Source of the DNA: a virus
Reading direction: 5' to 3' (one strand)
UHGV virus genome: UHGV-1067530
Length of the DNA stretch: 33,600 nucleotides
Of this stretch, positions 13,710 through 22,701 are shown one piece after another (position 1 is the stretch's first letter; every line of letters begins with the position of its first letter). Made by a program: the position numbers and the translations under genes. The notes below the pieces were generated by a model. That model worked only from the letters and a program-made list of their open reading frames with translations, made no database searches and was not told where the DNA came from.

Positions 13710-13788
13710 GCTCCATTACTCCAATTGGCAGAGAGGCCAGACTTAAAATCTGTGTTATGTATCGGTTCGAATCCGATATGGAGTACCA
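13710..13788 (+). tRNA. tRNA with Leu-type anticodon TAA but short (7-nt) variable loop
   Basis: Acceptor GCTCCAT/ATGGAGT, D-loop AATTGGCAGAG, anticodon stem CCAGA/TCTGT, loop CTTAAAA, T-arm ATCGG-TTCGAAT-CCGAT, discriminator A, CCA. Confidence 0.55.
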
Positions 13789-13793
13789 ATTTT

Positions 13794-13869
13794 AGCGGTA
13801 TAGCATAACTGGCAATGCAGCAGTCTCTGAAGCTGTCCTATTAAGGTTCAAATCCTTATGCCGCTGCCA
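13794..13869 (+). tRNA. tRNA-Gln (anticodon CTG)
   Basis: Acceptor AGCGGTA/TGCCGCT, D-arm GCAT/ATGC, anticodon loop CTCTGAA, T-arm TAAGG-TTCAAAT-CCTTA, discriminator G, CCA. Confidence 0.7.
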
Positions 13870-13900
13870 CTTCTAAGGGTTCTTACGAGAGTCCTTAAAT

Positions 13901-13976
13901 GTGGCCTTATCATAAACGGTAATGACCCATGCTGTGAACATGGTCTATACGGGTTCAAATCCCGTAGGTCACCCCA
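13901..13976 (+). tRNA. tRNA-His (anticodon GTG)
   Basis: Acceptor GTGGCCT/AGGTCAC, D-arm TCAT/ATGA, anticodon stem CCATG/CATGG, loop CTGTGAA, T-arm ACGGG-TTCAAAT-CCCGT, discriminator C, CCA; position -1 is T, not G. Confidence 0.8.
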
Positions 13977-13981
13977 ATTTA

Positions 13982-14058
13982 TAGTCCAAGTAGCTTATAT
14001 GGTTAAAGCGCGTGTCTGAAAAACATGAGAAGAGGGTTCAAATCCCACTGGACTACCA
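13982..14058 (+). tRNA. tRNA-Phe (anticodon GAA), acceptor register slightly irregular
   Basis: D-arm GCTT/AAGC, anticodon stem CGTGT/ACATG, loop CTGAAAA, T-loop TTCAAAT; acceptor TAGTCCA/TGGACTA pairs perfectly but leaves a 4-nt linker before the D-stem. Confidence 0.6.
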
Positions 14059-14074
14059 ATTTCAAAGGTGCTTA

Positions 14075-14809
14075 ATGAAAGAGATGACAGGACAAGGTAA
14101 GGAGATTTTTAATCTCTTAAAAACCGGTAAAGGGTTTTCTAACCCACTTATTACTGGTGCAGCAGTTCTCGGTGGAACCGTAGCTGCCTCTACATCACTT
14201 GTAAGCTCTATTAGCTCTGTAACAGACCCGACAATGAATGAGAAACTTGTTGCTGCTGGACTTACAACAGTCCTTCTAAACAGCTTTACAACAAGCCTGA
14301 CAAGCACTACAGCAACTACTAAGACCCTAACAGACTATGGTCAAAAGTCTATTGATGAGTTTTCATCACGTATGCAGGTAGCAAAGGGGTATTCCAATGT
14401 TATGGGTGCAGCAGGAGAACAAGTTGGTTGTACACCATTCAGTGGTATTATGGGTGTTGCTACAGAGTATGGTCAAAAAGCTATTGACATGATTAACAGC
14501 ACACTAGACAGTGTTAACGGTGTGTTAAGTGACTTACAAGACGCTATTGATAAGGGTCTTGATACTGTTTCTGATTTAGCTAATCAAGCTGTTAGCAAGA
14601 TTAATGAAGGTATCTCAAAGATTACAGCTTATGCAGATGAAGTTGTGCAGATGATTGAAGAAGAAGCTGCCCTTATTGCAGAGTACCTTAAAACGAATAT
14701 CAATGGGTTCTTAGCAGGTATCTTACCAGACTGGTTTGATGATGCTCGCAAAACTGGTGTAATCGACACTATTGCAACACCAGAAATGAAGAACGCATTA
14801 CAGAAATAA
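14075..14809 (+). CDS. hypothetical Ser/Thr-rich protein (244 aa)
   Basis: The ORF track starts at 14012 inside tRNA-Phe; first ATG with an upstream aaagg RBS is 14075 (MKEMTGQ...); S/T-rich N-half, helical C-half. Confidence 0.55.
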   Translation: MKEMTGQGKEIFNLLKTGKGFSNPLITGAAVLGGTVAASTSLVSSISSVTDPTMNEKLVAAGLTTVLLNSFTTSLTSTTATTKTLTDYGQKSIDEFSSRMQVAKGYSNVMGAAGEQVGCTPFSGIMGVATEYGQKAIDMINSTLDSVNGVLSDLQDAIDKGLDTVSDLANQAVSKINEGISKITAYADEVVQMIEEEAALIAEYLKTNINGFLAGILPDWFDDARKTGVIDTIATPEMKNALQK

Positions 14810-14810
14810 T

Positions 14811-14903
14811 GGAAGATTAACCCTAAAAGGTAAGGGAGCAGTTTGCTAAACTGCCAGTAGCTGAGAAATCGGTGTACCAGTTCAAGTCTGGTATCTTCCT
14901 CCA
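14811..14903 (+). tRNA. tRNA-Ser (anticodon GCT), long variable arm
   Basis: Acceptor GGAAGAT/ATCTTCC perfect, D-stem CCC/GGG, anticodon stem GCAGT/ACTGC, loop TTGCTAA, ~20-nt variable arm, T-arm ACCAG-TTCAAGT-CTGGT, CCA. Confidence 0.8.
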
Positions 14904-14907
14904 ATCT

Positions 14908-14983
14908 GAATCCGTGACAGAAATGGATATGTGCCTGTCTGCAAAACAGGTTTATAAGGGTTCAAGTCCCTTCGGATTCTCCA
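14908..14983 (+). tRNA. tRNA-Cys (anticodon GCA)
   Basis: Acceptor GAATCCG/CGGATTC perfect, anticodon stem CCTGT/ACAGG, loop CTGCAAA, T-arm AAGGG-TTCAAGT-CCCTT, discriminator T, CCA. Confidence 0.8.
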
Positions 14984-15020
14984 AGTTATTTTACTCTCTC
15001 TCAATTAAAATAATAATAAT

Positions 15021-15080
15021 GCCCTGCTATAAGTATTCTTCCTTTCGCTACCGAAGAGTATTTTTAGACAGGGCTTTTTT
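15021..15080 (+). terminator. Putative intrinsic terminator closing the tRNA array
   Basis: Outer stem GCCCTG (15021-15026) / CAGGGC (15069-15074) enclosing an inner hairpin, followed by TTTTTT. Confidence 0.45.
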
Positions 15081-15145
15081 ACAGAGTTATACTTTATAGG
15101 AAGACTTATACAGTATGTCTCTGACGTACATTGTGGTTTCTCCTT

Positions 15146-15169
15146 GACGGTCTCTGTGCCGTCTTTTTT
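15146..15169 (+). terminator. Putative intrinsic terminator or attenuator upstream of the packaging operon
   Basis: Stem GACGG/CCGTC with loop tctctgtg, followed by TTTTTT. Confidence 0.45.
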
Positions 15170-15205
15170 AAGGGGAAACAAGATTTATTATTTGGAGAAA
15201 ACATA

Positions 15206-15406
15206 ATGAGCGAGAACGTTTATAAAGAACTTTATGAAGCTAACAAGAAGTTAGAGTTTATGCAGAATACTATCATGGCAATTGCAGACAGATTATCTGT
15301 AGCAACAGGCATTGATATTAAAGAAGCATCTATGGATGCACTTCTTGATGCTGTTGATGCAAAGTTCGAAGTTAAGAAAGAAGAGACTGCGACAGACTCT
15401 GAATAA
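15206..15406 (+). CDS. hypothetical small protein (66 aa) immediately upstream of terminase; small terminase subunit not established
   Basis: ATG at 15206 preceded by RBS ggagaaaa; the ORF track's upstream extension from 15131 overlaps the terminator. Confidence 0.45.
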   Translation: MSENVYKELYEANKKLEFMQNTIMAIADRLSVATGIDIKEASMDALLDAVDAKFEVKKEETATDSE

Positions 15407-15427
15407 TTCTATTTGCGGAGGCGCTTA

Positions 15428-17029
15428 ATGGACTTAAATGCTGTTAAGCAGAAGCGAGTGGAAGATGTTAGGAAAGTCCTAGCTGGAGAGTTGGGGCTTT
15501 CTGATGAAGTAAAAGAAATTATCAAATCATTCGGTAAAGACCCCTCTAAATTCCTTCCAACTCAAATTCTGACTTTATTAAGATACACACCAGACCAAGT
15601 TCGCCTTATCTTTAAATTGATGACTGATAAGAACTATGTAGCCCCTCAGCCGGGTTCTCAAGAGGTCTTTTTAAACACTAATGCTGACTTGGTTCTCTAT
15701 GGTGGTGCTGCTGGTGCTGGTAAGACTGCTGCATTGTTAATGGACTCTTTAAGATTTATTGAAGACCCTAACTATAATGCTGTGTATTTCCGTCGAAACA
15801 CAACACAGTTACAAGGTGGTTTATGGCCTGCTGCAAAGAAACTATTTGGTAAGTTTGGTGGGATTCCTCACGAGCAGAAAATGACTATCACATTCCCTTC
15901 TGGGGCGACTATCAAGTTTACCTATCTAGAACTTGAAAAGCACGCTGAAGGTCATCAGGGTATTGAATACTCAGCTATTTACTTTGACGAAGGTACACAC
16001 TTCTCTGCTTCACAGATTTCATACCTACAAACCCGTCTACGTTCTGGTGCTGAAGGTGATTCATACATGAAGATTTCCATGAACCCAGACAGAGACCACT
16101 TTATTTATGATTGGGTAGAGCCATTCTTAGATGAAGGAGGTTATCCAGACCCTGAAAAGTGTGGTCGTATTCGTTGGTATGTAATGAATGATGGTGTGAT
16201 GGTTTCTGATTGGGAGAGAGACAAGATTCTTGAAATGTTCCCTCTTGAGATTCCTCAAACATACACCTTTATCTCTGGTACGATTGATGATAACCCAATC
16301 CTTGACTTCTTAGAACCAAAGTATCGCGGTAAGCTTGAAAACAACACTCCTGTGAACGTTGCAAGACTTCGTTTCGGTAACTGGAAGGCTCGTGCAGAAG
16401 GTTCAAACTATTGGCAAAGACAATGGTGTGAAATTGTTGATTCACTCCCAGAAGATGTATTTGATGTTAGAGCATGGGACTTAGCAGCAACTTTACCATC
16501 TGAGATTAACCCTAATCCAGACTGGACAGCAGGTGTTAAGATGGGTAAATCTAAAAAAGACGGTTGCTATTATATCATTGATGTAGTAAGATTTAGAGAT
16601 AGACCCTCTGGAGTCGAAACACAAATTAATTTGACTGCTGAAAGTGACGGTAAGCGAACTGGTATTTTTATCCCTCAAGACCCAGGCGCTGCTGGTAAAT
16701 CCTACGCGACATCCCTCATCAGGAAACTTGCCGAGAAAGGCTATCGTGCAAGAGCTAAACCAACAAATAAAGATAAAGTTACCCGCTTTGCGGGATTTTC
16801 TGCTGCTTCTGAAGCTGGACTTGTAAAAGTTTTGAGAGGTAGTTGGAACGAAGCTTATTTCCAAGAGCTTGAAGGCTTTTGTGGTGATGGCAAAACTAAA
16901 GATGACCAAGTGGATGCTACCAGTGATGCTTTCAACAGTCTTAACGAAGTTAAATTATTCAAGCCACCATCAATGGGTGCTCACACAGACTTAGTGAGAG
17001 GAAACCCATATGAGGGGCTTAGACGTTGA
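15428..17029 (+). CDS. Terminase large subunit
   Basis: Walker A LYGGAAGAGKT, Walker B-like AIYFDEGTH, C-terminal nuclease-like region; ATG at 15428 with RBS gcggagg (the ORF track start at 15413 is a TTG). Confidence 0.85.
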   Translation: MDLNAVKQKRVEDVRKVLAGELGLSDEVKEIIKSFGKDPSKFLPTQILTLLRYTPDQVRLIFKLMTDKNYVAPQPGSQEVFLNTNADLVLYGGAAGAGKTAALLMDSLRFIEDPNYNAVYFRRNTTQLQGGLWPAAKKLFGKFGGIPHEQKMTITFPSGATIKFTYLELEKHAEGHQGIEYSAIYFDEGTHFSASQISYLQTRLRSGAEGDSYMKISMNPDRDHFIYDWVEPFLDEGGYPDPEKCGRIRWYVMNDGVMVSDWERDKILEMFPLEIPQTYTFISGTIDDNPILDFLEPKYRGKLENNTPVNVARLRFGNWKARAEGSNYWQRQWCEIVDSLPEDVFDVRAWDLAATLPSEINPNPDWTAGVKMGKSKKDGCYYIIDVVRFRDRPSGVETQINLTAESDGKRTGIFIPQDPGAAGKSYATSLIRKLAEKGYRARAKPTNKDKVTRFAGFSAASEAGLVKVLRGSWNEAYFQELEGFCGDGKTKDDQVDATSDAFNSLNEVKLFKPPSMGAHTDLVRGNPYEGLRR

Positions 17030-17045
17030 TAGCTAGGTGAGAAGA

Positions 17046-18512
17046 ATGGCAGATATTACAGAAACACAAGAAAGCTTACCACCATTTAGAATGGGTGAAG
17101 TAGGTTCTTTGGGTCTGAAGGTTAAGAATGGAAGAATCTATGAAGAACCTCGTCAGGCACTAAGGTTCCCTGAAAGTATTAAAACTTTCCAATTAATGAT
17201 GCGTGACCCTGCTGTAGCAGCATCTGTAAATATTATTAAGATGTTTGTCAGAAAAGTCAACTGGAGATTTGTACCTCCAAAGGGAAAAGAGCAAGACCCT
17301 AAAATGCTTGAAAGAGCAGACTTCTTTAATTCTTTAATGGATGACATGGAGCATGATTGGGCAGATTTTATTAACTCTGTAATGTCATTCTGCACTTATG
17401 GGTTCTGTGTTAACGAGAAAGTTTATAAGAAGCGTCAGGGTAAGAAAGGAAAGTACCAGTCAAAATTTGATGATGGTCTAATTGGATGGGCTAAATTACC
17501 AATCAGAAACCAGTCAACACTTGATAAGTGGTATTTTGACGAAGACTTTAGAAAAGTTACTGGTGTTAGGCAGAATCTGAGAAATGTTTCACATATTGCT
17601 GGAGCAATTAATCTCGGAGAAAGGCCACTAACAAGAAAACTCCCACGAGCTAAATTCATGCTGTTTAAGTATGATGATGAATATGGAAACCCAGAAGGTC
17701 GTTCACCATTACTTAATGCCTATGTACCGTGGAAGTATAAAGTTCAGATTGAAGAGTACGAAGCCGTTGGTGTTTCAAGAGACTTGGTAGGTATGCCAAA
17801 GATTGGTTTACCACCAGATTATCTGGATGAAAATGCAGAACCTGAAAAGAAAGCTTTCGTACAATACTGCAAAACTGTTGTTAACGATATGATTGCTAAT
17901 GATAGAGCAGGTTTAATCTGGCCTAGATATATCGACCCAGATACTAAAGAGGATATTTTTGAGTTCTCATTAGTTTCTAGACAGGGTGCTAAAGCATACG
18001 ATACAGGTTCTATTATCGACAGATATTCCAAGCAGATTATGATGGCATTTATGTCAGATGTTCTTGCTATGGGTCAGTCAAAATACGGTTCATTCTCTCT
18101 TGCAGATTCTAAGACAAGCTTATTAGCGATGTCAGTAGATATCCTGCTGAAGCAAATTAAGAACGTAATTAACCGTGATTTAGTTGCACAGACTTACGCT
18201 CTTAATATGTGGGATGATGAAGAACATGTGCAAATCACATATGATGATATCGAAACTCCAGACCTTGAAGCAATTGGTTCTTATATTCAGAAGACTGTTG
18301 CAGTAGGTGCTTTGGAAGTTGACAAAGAGCTATCTAACAAGCTTAGAGAGCATATTGGTCTTCCTCCTGCTGATGAGTCTCAACCAGTATCTGAAAAGCT
18401 TTCTCCAAATAGCCAAAGCCGTTCAGGAGATGGCTATAAGACTGCTGGAGAAGGTACTGCAAAGACACCTTCAGCAAAAGACCCAAGCACAGCAAATAAG
18501 GCAAATAAATAA
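17046..18512 (+). CDS. Portal protein
   Basis: ~490-aa protein directly after terminase; ATG at 17046 with RBS AGGTGA; acidic/Lys-rich C-tail. Confidence 0.65.
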   Translation: MADITETQESLPPFRMGEVGSLGLKVKNGRIYEEPRQALRFPESIKTFQLMMRDPAVAASVNIIKMFVRKVNWRFVPPKGKEQDPKMLERADFFNSLMDDMEHDWADFINSVMSFCTYGFCVNEKVYKKRQGKKGKYQSKFDDGLIGWAKLPIRNQSTLDKWYFDEDFRKVTGVRQNLRNVSHIAGAINLGERPLTRKLPRAKFMLFKYDDEYGNPEGRSPLLNAYVPWKYKVQIEEYEAVGVSRDLVGMPKIGLPPDYLDENAEPEKKAFVQYCKTVVNDMIANDRAGLIWPRYIDPDTKEDIFEFSLVSRQGAKAYDTGSIIDRYSKQIMMAFMSDVLAMGQSKYGSFSLADSKTSLLAMSVDILLKQIKNVINRDLVAQTYALNMWDDEEHVQITYDDIETPDLEAIGSYIQKTVAVGALEVDKELSNKLREHIGLPPADESQPVSEKLSPNSQSRSGDGYKTAGEGTAKTPSAKDPSTANKANK

Positions 18513-19012
18513 TGGCTGAAGTTATCTCTATTTCAAATGCTACACGGGTGCATTCGTATAGAGGTGTTCTTATCATTACTGACAAGTTATCTGTAGAGGC
18601 TGGCTCAAGGGTCAGCCTTTCAGGTTATGTAAGCGATGGTGGAGCCTCTGACGTTTTCACTATTTGCAGGTTACTTGATGCACCAATGAGTGGAAAACCG
18701 TTTATTTCAGGAAATTGTAGTGAAATTGTTAAAATTCCATTTGACAGTTCATGCCTTTTGGGTGTAAAGTTATATAACTGCGAGAATAAACGTATCAATG
18801 TTAATAGCATTGAAGCCGCTTTCATTACCCTCGACACTGCATTTCAATCTCCAATGACAGTTAATAAAGAAACAAACAGACTTGAATACATTTTTTCACA
18901 AAATGATTACAAAGTACTTGTCAAAGGCAAAGTATATGATATGATTGTAAATGTGGTAGATGAATCTGGTAACCATTCAACAGTCCTTAAACAAAAAGTA
19001 AGGTTTAATTAA
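18512..19012 (+). CDS. hypothetical head-module protein (166 aa)
   Basis: ORF with start overlapping the portal stop. Confidence 0.5.
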   Translation: MAEVISISNATRVHSYRGVLIITDKLSVEAGSRVSLSGYVSDGGASDVFTICRLLDAPMSGKPFISGNCSEIVKIPFDSSCLLGVKLYNCENKRINVNSIEAAFITLDTAFQSPMTVNKETNRLEYIFSQNDYKVLVKGKVYDMIVNVVDESGNHSTVLKQKVRFN

Positions 19013-19344
19013 TGGGAACATTAACTATTGATGGTAAGAACAAAATCCTCGCCACGCTAACCCCAACGACTATTATTTTACACAATGTAGACCCAACGGC
19101 AGACCCTACAGCAAATAAGGTTACTCAGCCAGTGGCTATTTATTTTTCTGAACCGGATAATGGCTTAATTGCCTCAGAAGACACAGTTAACATTACTGTT
19201 CCAGCTTCTGCAACGGTCTCACACTATAGCTTGTGGGATGCTAACGATAAATGCGTGGCAACTGGTGCTCTTAGCAAACCTCAATTCTTTGCTGAAGAAG
19301 GTATTTATGTTATCTCTTCAGTCTCTGTAGATTTAAACAAATAG
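19012..19344 (+). CDS. hypothetical head-module protein (110 aa)
   Basis: ORF, translationally coupled. Confidence 0.5.
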   Translation: MGTLTIDGKNKILATLTPTTIILHNVDPTADPTANKVTQPVAIYFSEPDNGLIASEDTVNITVPASATVSHYSLWDANDKCVATGALSKPQFFAEEGIYVISSVSVDLNK

Positions 19345-19355
19345 GGTGAGTAAAA

Positions 19356-20702
19356 ATGAGTTCGAATATCTTCAGACTTGCTGATAGATTATTCAACCAA
19401 CCTTTACTAGCCACTGAATCATTAGCTCACTCAGCAGCAACTTATGTGAATAACAGATTGCTGGGTGATGTCCAAGCAGCAGTAAACTTTGATAAACCCA
19501 AAGGTGAAGCAAGAAGTCTTTTAAAAGTAAAAGATGACATTGCCATTATCCCTATTATGGGTGGTTTAACCCATCGTATGACATTCATTGATGCAATGTG
19601 TACAGGTGGATTAAGCTCTTATGAGGGTTTACGTAGAGGCTTTGACGAAGCTTTAGCAGATGAGTCAATTAAGACTATTGTTCTGCACATCGATTCTGGT
19701 GGTGGTGAAGCTTCAGGTTGCTTTGAATTAGCACGTCACATTATGGCTTCAAGAGGCCAAAAGAAAATTATTGCTTATGTAGATGAGTTCGCTTGTTCCG
19801 CTGCATACGCTCTTGCATCTTCTGCTGAAGAAATTATTGCATCACCAGATGCAGATGTTGGTTCTATTGGTGTCATTATGGTTCATCAGGAATTAACTAA
19901 AGCATTTGAAAAGAATGGCGTGACAATTAACGTCATCAAAGCTGGTGAGTTTAAAGGTATGGGTTCACCATTCCAAGCACTTTCAGAAGAAAGCAAAGAA
20001 AGACTTCAAAAGAGAATTAATGATACCTACGCAACCTTTACAGGTTTTGTAGCTGAATCTCGTAATCTCTCTGAAGAAGCTGTAAAGAATACTGAGGCGA
20101 ATGTTTATTCTGCTCAGGAAGCTCTTGAACTTGGTTTAATTAACTCAATCATGTCTCAAGATGATTTCTTAAATTACTTACAAGGTTCTGAAGAGGCTCC
20201 TGTAAGTTTAAACGTTAACAATTCAGGTGAAGAAATGACTGAACAAGAAAAGCAAGAACTAGAAGCTTTGCGTCTTCAGGTTGCTCAAATGAAAGCTAAA
20301 GAACAGGAAGCTGCTTTGTCAGATTTGACTAATAAGATTTCTGCTTCTGCTGAAGCTTTTGGATTTGATGCAAAAGAAGCTGCAACGACTATTTTAGGTG
20401 CTGGTCTTGATAACCCTCTGAGTGTTCTGTTTATGAATGCTATGGAAGGTGCTAACCAGAAACTTAATGAAACTATCGCGTCCCATGCTTCTGCAATGGA
20501 AGAAAAAGAATCAGAAATTACCAAGCTGAAAGAAACTGCTGGTGCTGTTCTTGAACATTCCAATGCTATGGAAGAAGTGGGTAATGACGGCGAAGCTGAT
20601 TTGGTTGAAGAAGAAAAAGAACCAGCTAAGAATGCTTCCGAAGACACCGCTGAACAACGCAAACTGGCTCTCCAGAATGCTCTAAAATCTCTTATCAAAT
20701 AA
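19356..20702 (+). CDS. Prohead protease (S49/SppA-like) fused to a scaffold-like coiled-coil C-terminal domain
   Basis: S49-like core (IVLHIDSGGGEASG, FACSAAYALASSAEE); C-terminal ~150 aa rich in E/A/K/Q. Confidence 0.7.
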   Translation: MSSNIFRLADRLFNQPLLATESLAHSAATYVNNRLLGDVQAAVNFDKPKGEARSLLKVKDDIAIIPIMGGLTHRMTFIDAMCTGGLSSYEGLRRGFDEALADESIKTIVLHIDSGGGEASGCFELARHIMASRGQKKIIAYVDEFACSAAYALASSAEEIIASPDADVGSIGVIMVHQELTKAFEKNGVTINVIKAGEFKGMGSPFQALSEESKERLQKRINDTYATFTGFVAESRNLSEEAVKNTEANVYSAQEALELGLINSIMSQDDFLNYLQGSEEAPVSLNVNNSGEEMTEQEKQELEALRLQVAQMKAKEQEAALSDLTNKISASAEAFGFDAKEAATTILGAGLDNPLSVLFMNAMEGANQKLNETIASHASAMEEKESEITKLKETAGAVLEHSNAMEEVGNDGEADLVEEEKEPAKNASEDTAEQRKLALQNALKSLIK

Positions 20703-20713
20703 GGAACACAATA

Positions 20714-21091
20714 ATGGCATATCAAGGTTTTACTAAGTTAGGTAACAGAGAACCTCTGAATGATATCATTCTTTGGGAACAGGTTACCCCAACAGGTCAC
20801 TCTCGCAAAGAGTACACTCCGGTTGCTTCAACAGAATACCGTGTAGGTGAAGTTCTGAAAGCAGATGGTACTAAGGTTACAGCAGGGCAAGAAGCTCAGG
20901 CTGATTCAGTATGTATCGTTAACTTTTATGCAGACCTGCAACTGTCTTATCATGGTCAGTTGAAAGTTGTTGGTATCCACCGTGATGCAGAACTGAAAGA
21001 CATGCTGACTCTTGAAGCAAGCGTTGACGCTGCCGCAGTCAAGAAAGCTCTGGCTGCCAAAGGTATTGATTTCGTACCAACTGGCCTGTAA
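20714..21091 (+). CDS. Head decoration protein (lambda gpD-like)
   Basis: 125-aa protein between protease and major capsid, the gpD position. Confidence 0.55.
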   Translation: MAYQGFTKLGNREPLNDIILWEQVTPTGHSRKEYTPVASTEYRVGEVLKADGTKVTAGQEAQADSVCIVNFYADLQLSYHGQLKVVGIHRDAELKDMLTLEASVDAAAVKKALAAKGIDFVPTGL

Positions 21092-21124
21092 TAACAATAA
21101 TAAGACATTCTGGAGAATTTTACA

Positions 21125-22231
21125 ATGTTGACTAATTCTGAAAAAAGCAGATTTTTCCTTGCTGACCTGACTGGTGAAGTCCAGTCTATCCCAAATACTT
21201 ATGGGTATATTTCCAACTTAGGTCTGTTCCGTTCAGCACCAATCACCCAAACTACTTTCCTGATGGACTTGACTGATTGGGATGTTAGCTTGCTTGATGC
21301 GGTAGACCGTGATAGCCGTAAAGCAGAGACTAGCGCACCTGAGCGTGTTCGTCAAATCAGCTTCCCAATGATGTACTTCAAAGAAGTTGAAAGCATTACT
21401 CCTGATGAGATTCAGGGTGTACGTCAGCCAGGCACTGCAAATGAACTGACTACTGAAGCTGTAGTACGTGCTAAGAAGCTGATGAAGATTCGTACCAAGT
21501 TCGATATTACTCGTGAGTTCCTGTTTATGCAAGCTCTGAAGGGTAAAGTTGTTGATGCTCGTGGTACTCTGTATGCTGACCTGTACAAGCAGTTCGACGT
21601 TGAGAAGAAGACTATTTACTTCGACCTTGACAACCCTAATGCTGACATCGACGCTTCTATTGAAGAACTGCGTATGCACATGGAAGACGAAGCTAAGACT
21701 GGCACTGTAATCAACGGTGAAGAAATCCACGTAGTTGTTGACCGTGTATTCTTCAGCAAACTGGTTAAGCATCCTAAGATTCGTGACGCTTATCTTGCAC
21801 AGCAGACTCCACTGGCTTGGCAACAGATTACTGGTTCTCTGAGAACTGGTGGTGCTGACGGCGTTCAGGCTCATATGAACACTTTCTACTACGGTGGTGT
21901 TAAGTTTGTCCAGTACAACGGTAAGTTCAAAGACAAGCGCGGTAAGGTTCACACTCTGGTGAGTATTGACAGCGTAGCAGACACTGTTGGTGTTGGTCAT
22001 GCCTTCCCTAACGTATCTATGCTGGGTGAAGCTAACAACATCTTCGAAGTGGCATATGGTCCATGTCCTAAGATGGGTTACGCAAATACACTTGGTCAGG
22101 AACTGTACGTATTTGAATACGAAAAAGACCGTGACGAAGGTATTGACTTCGAAGCTCACTCTTACATGCTGCCATACTGTACTCGTCCTCAGTTGCTGGT
22201 AGATGTTCGCGCTGACGCTCAAGGTGGCTAA
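21125..22231 (+). CDS. Major capsid protein (lambda gpE-like family)
   Basis: 368 aa, position after protease/decoration; C-terminal region resembles lambda E; codon usage suggests high expression. Confidence 0.7.
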   Translation: MLTNSEKSRFFLADLTGEVQSIPNTYGYISNLGLFRSAPITQTTFLMDLTDWDVSLLDAVDRDSRKAETSAPERVRQISFPMMYFKEVESITPDEIQGVRQPGTANELTTEAVVRAKKLMKIRTKFDITREFLFMQALKGKVVDARGTLYADLYKQFDVEKKTIYFDLDNPNADIDASIEELRMHMEDEAKTGTVINGEEIHVVVDRVFFSKLVKHPKIRDAYLAQQTPLAWQQITGSLRTGGADGVQAHMNTFYYGGVKFVQYNGKFKDKRGKVHTLVSIDSVADTVGVGHAFPNVSMLGEANNIFEVAYGPCPKMGYANTLGQELYVFEYEKDRDEGIDFEAHSYMLPYCTRPQLLVDVRADAQGG

Positions 22232-22251
22232 TAAACTTAGGAGGGTTATGA

Positions 22252-22701
22252 ATGTGCTATACAGGCGACCCAGCCAATAACCCTCTTGATAGAGTAAGAA
22301 TCCTCTGCACAGACACTAATAATGATGAAATTCTTATTGAGCAGTCTGTGCTAGAGTGGTTCTATCTAGAATCTGGAAAGGATGAAAAGAAAGCAGCCAT
22401 CAAAGCTCTTAAATATTTACTCTTTCAAGTAGCCAAGATGGGAGATGAGAAGGTTGGTGGTGTTTATTTACGTAACTCTTCCAGATTCAAGTCTCTGAAA
22501 GCTGTTTATGATGACCTTGTTAAAAGCTCTGTTTCAGGACTACCCTATGCAGGTGGTATTAATCAGTGTGATATTGACATGCGTCGTCAGAATCCTTGCT
22601 CTGTCAAGAAATACACAGAATATGGTGATGCTGCCAGATATGAAGGCAGAGATTACTGCAACCGTGTTAATGGCGTATTTATTATCGAGCGAGATGAATA
22701 A
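22252..22701 (+). CDS. hypothetical head-tail joining protein (149 aa)
   Basis: Position after the capsid gene. Confidence 0.45.
   Translation: MCYTGDPANNPLDRVRILCTDTNNDEILIEQSVLEWFYLESGKDEKKAAIKALKYLLFQVAKMGDEKVGGVYLRNSSRFKSLKAVYDDLVKSSVSGLPYAGGINQCDIDMRRQNPCSVKKYTEYGDAARYEGRDYCNRVNGVFIIERDE

Noticed and set aside
9998-14983. tRNA array as a prophage integration site with a nearby integrase
   Set aside because: No integrase, recombinase or transposase-like ORF is present anywhere in the window; the tRNAs are phage-encoded and sit in a lytic-type gene layout
15131-15205. Upstream extension of the small pre-terminase ORF (start at 15131)
   Set aside because: The extension overlaps the terminator hairpin at 15146-15169 and lacks an RBS, whereas the ATG at 15206 has a GGAG RBS
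20285-20725. 146-aa minus-strand ORF antisense to the protease/scaffold gene
   Set aside because: It is an antisense, Ala/Ser-rich low-complexity translation of the scaffold coiled-coil region
21233-22222. 329-aa minus-strand ORF antisense to the major capsid gene
   Set aside because: It is a mirror ORF inside a highly expressed, strongly biased gene; the plus-strand capsid protein has clear family features and operon context
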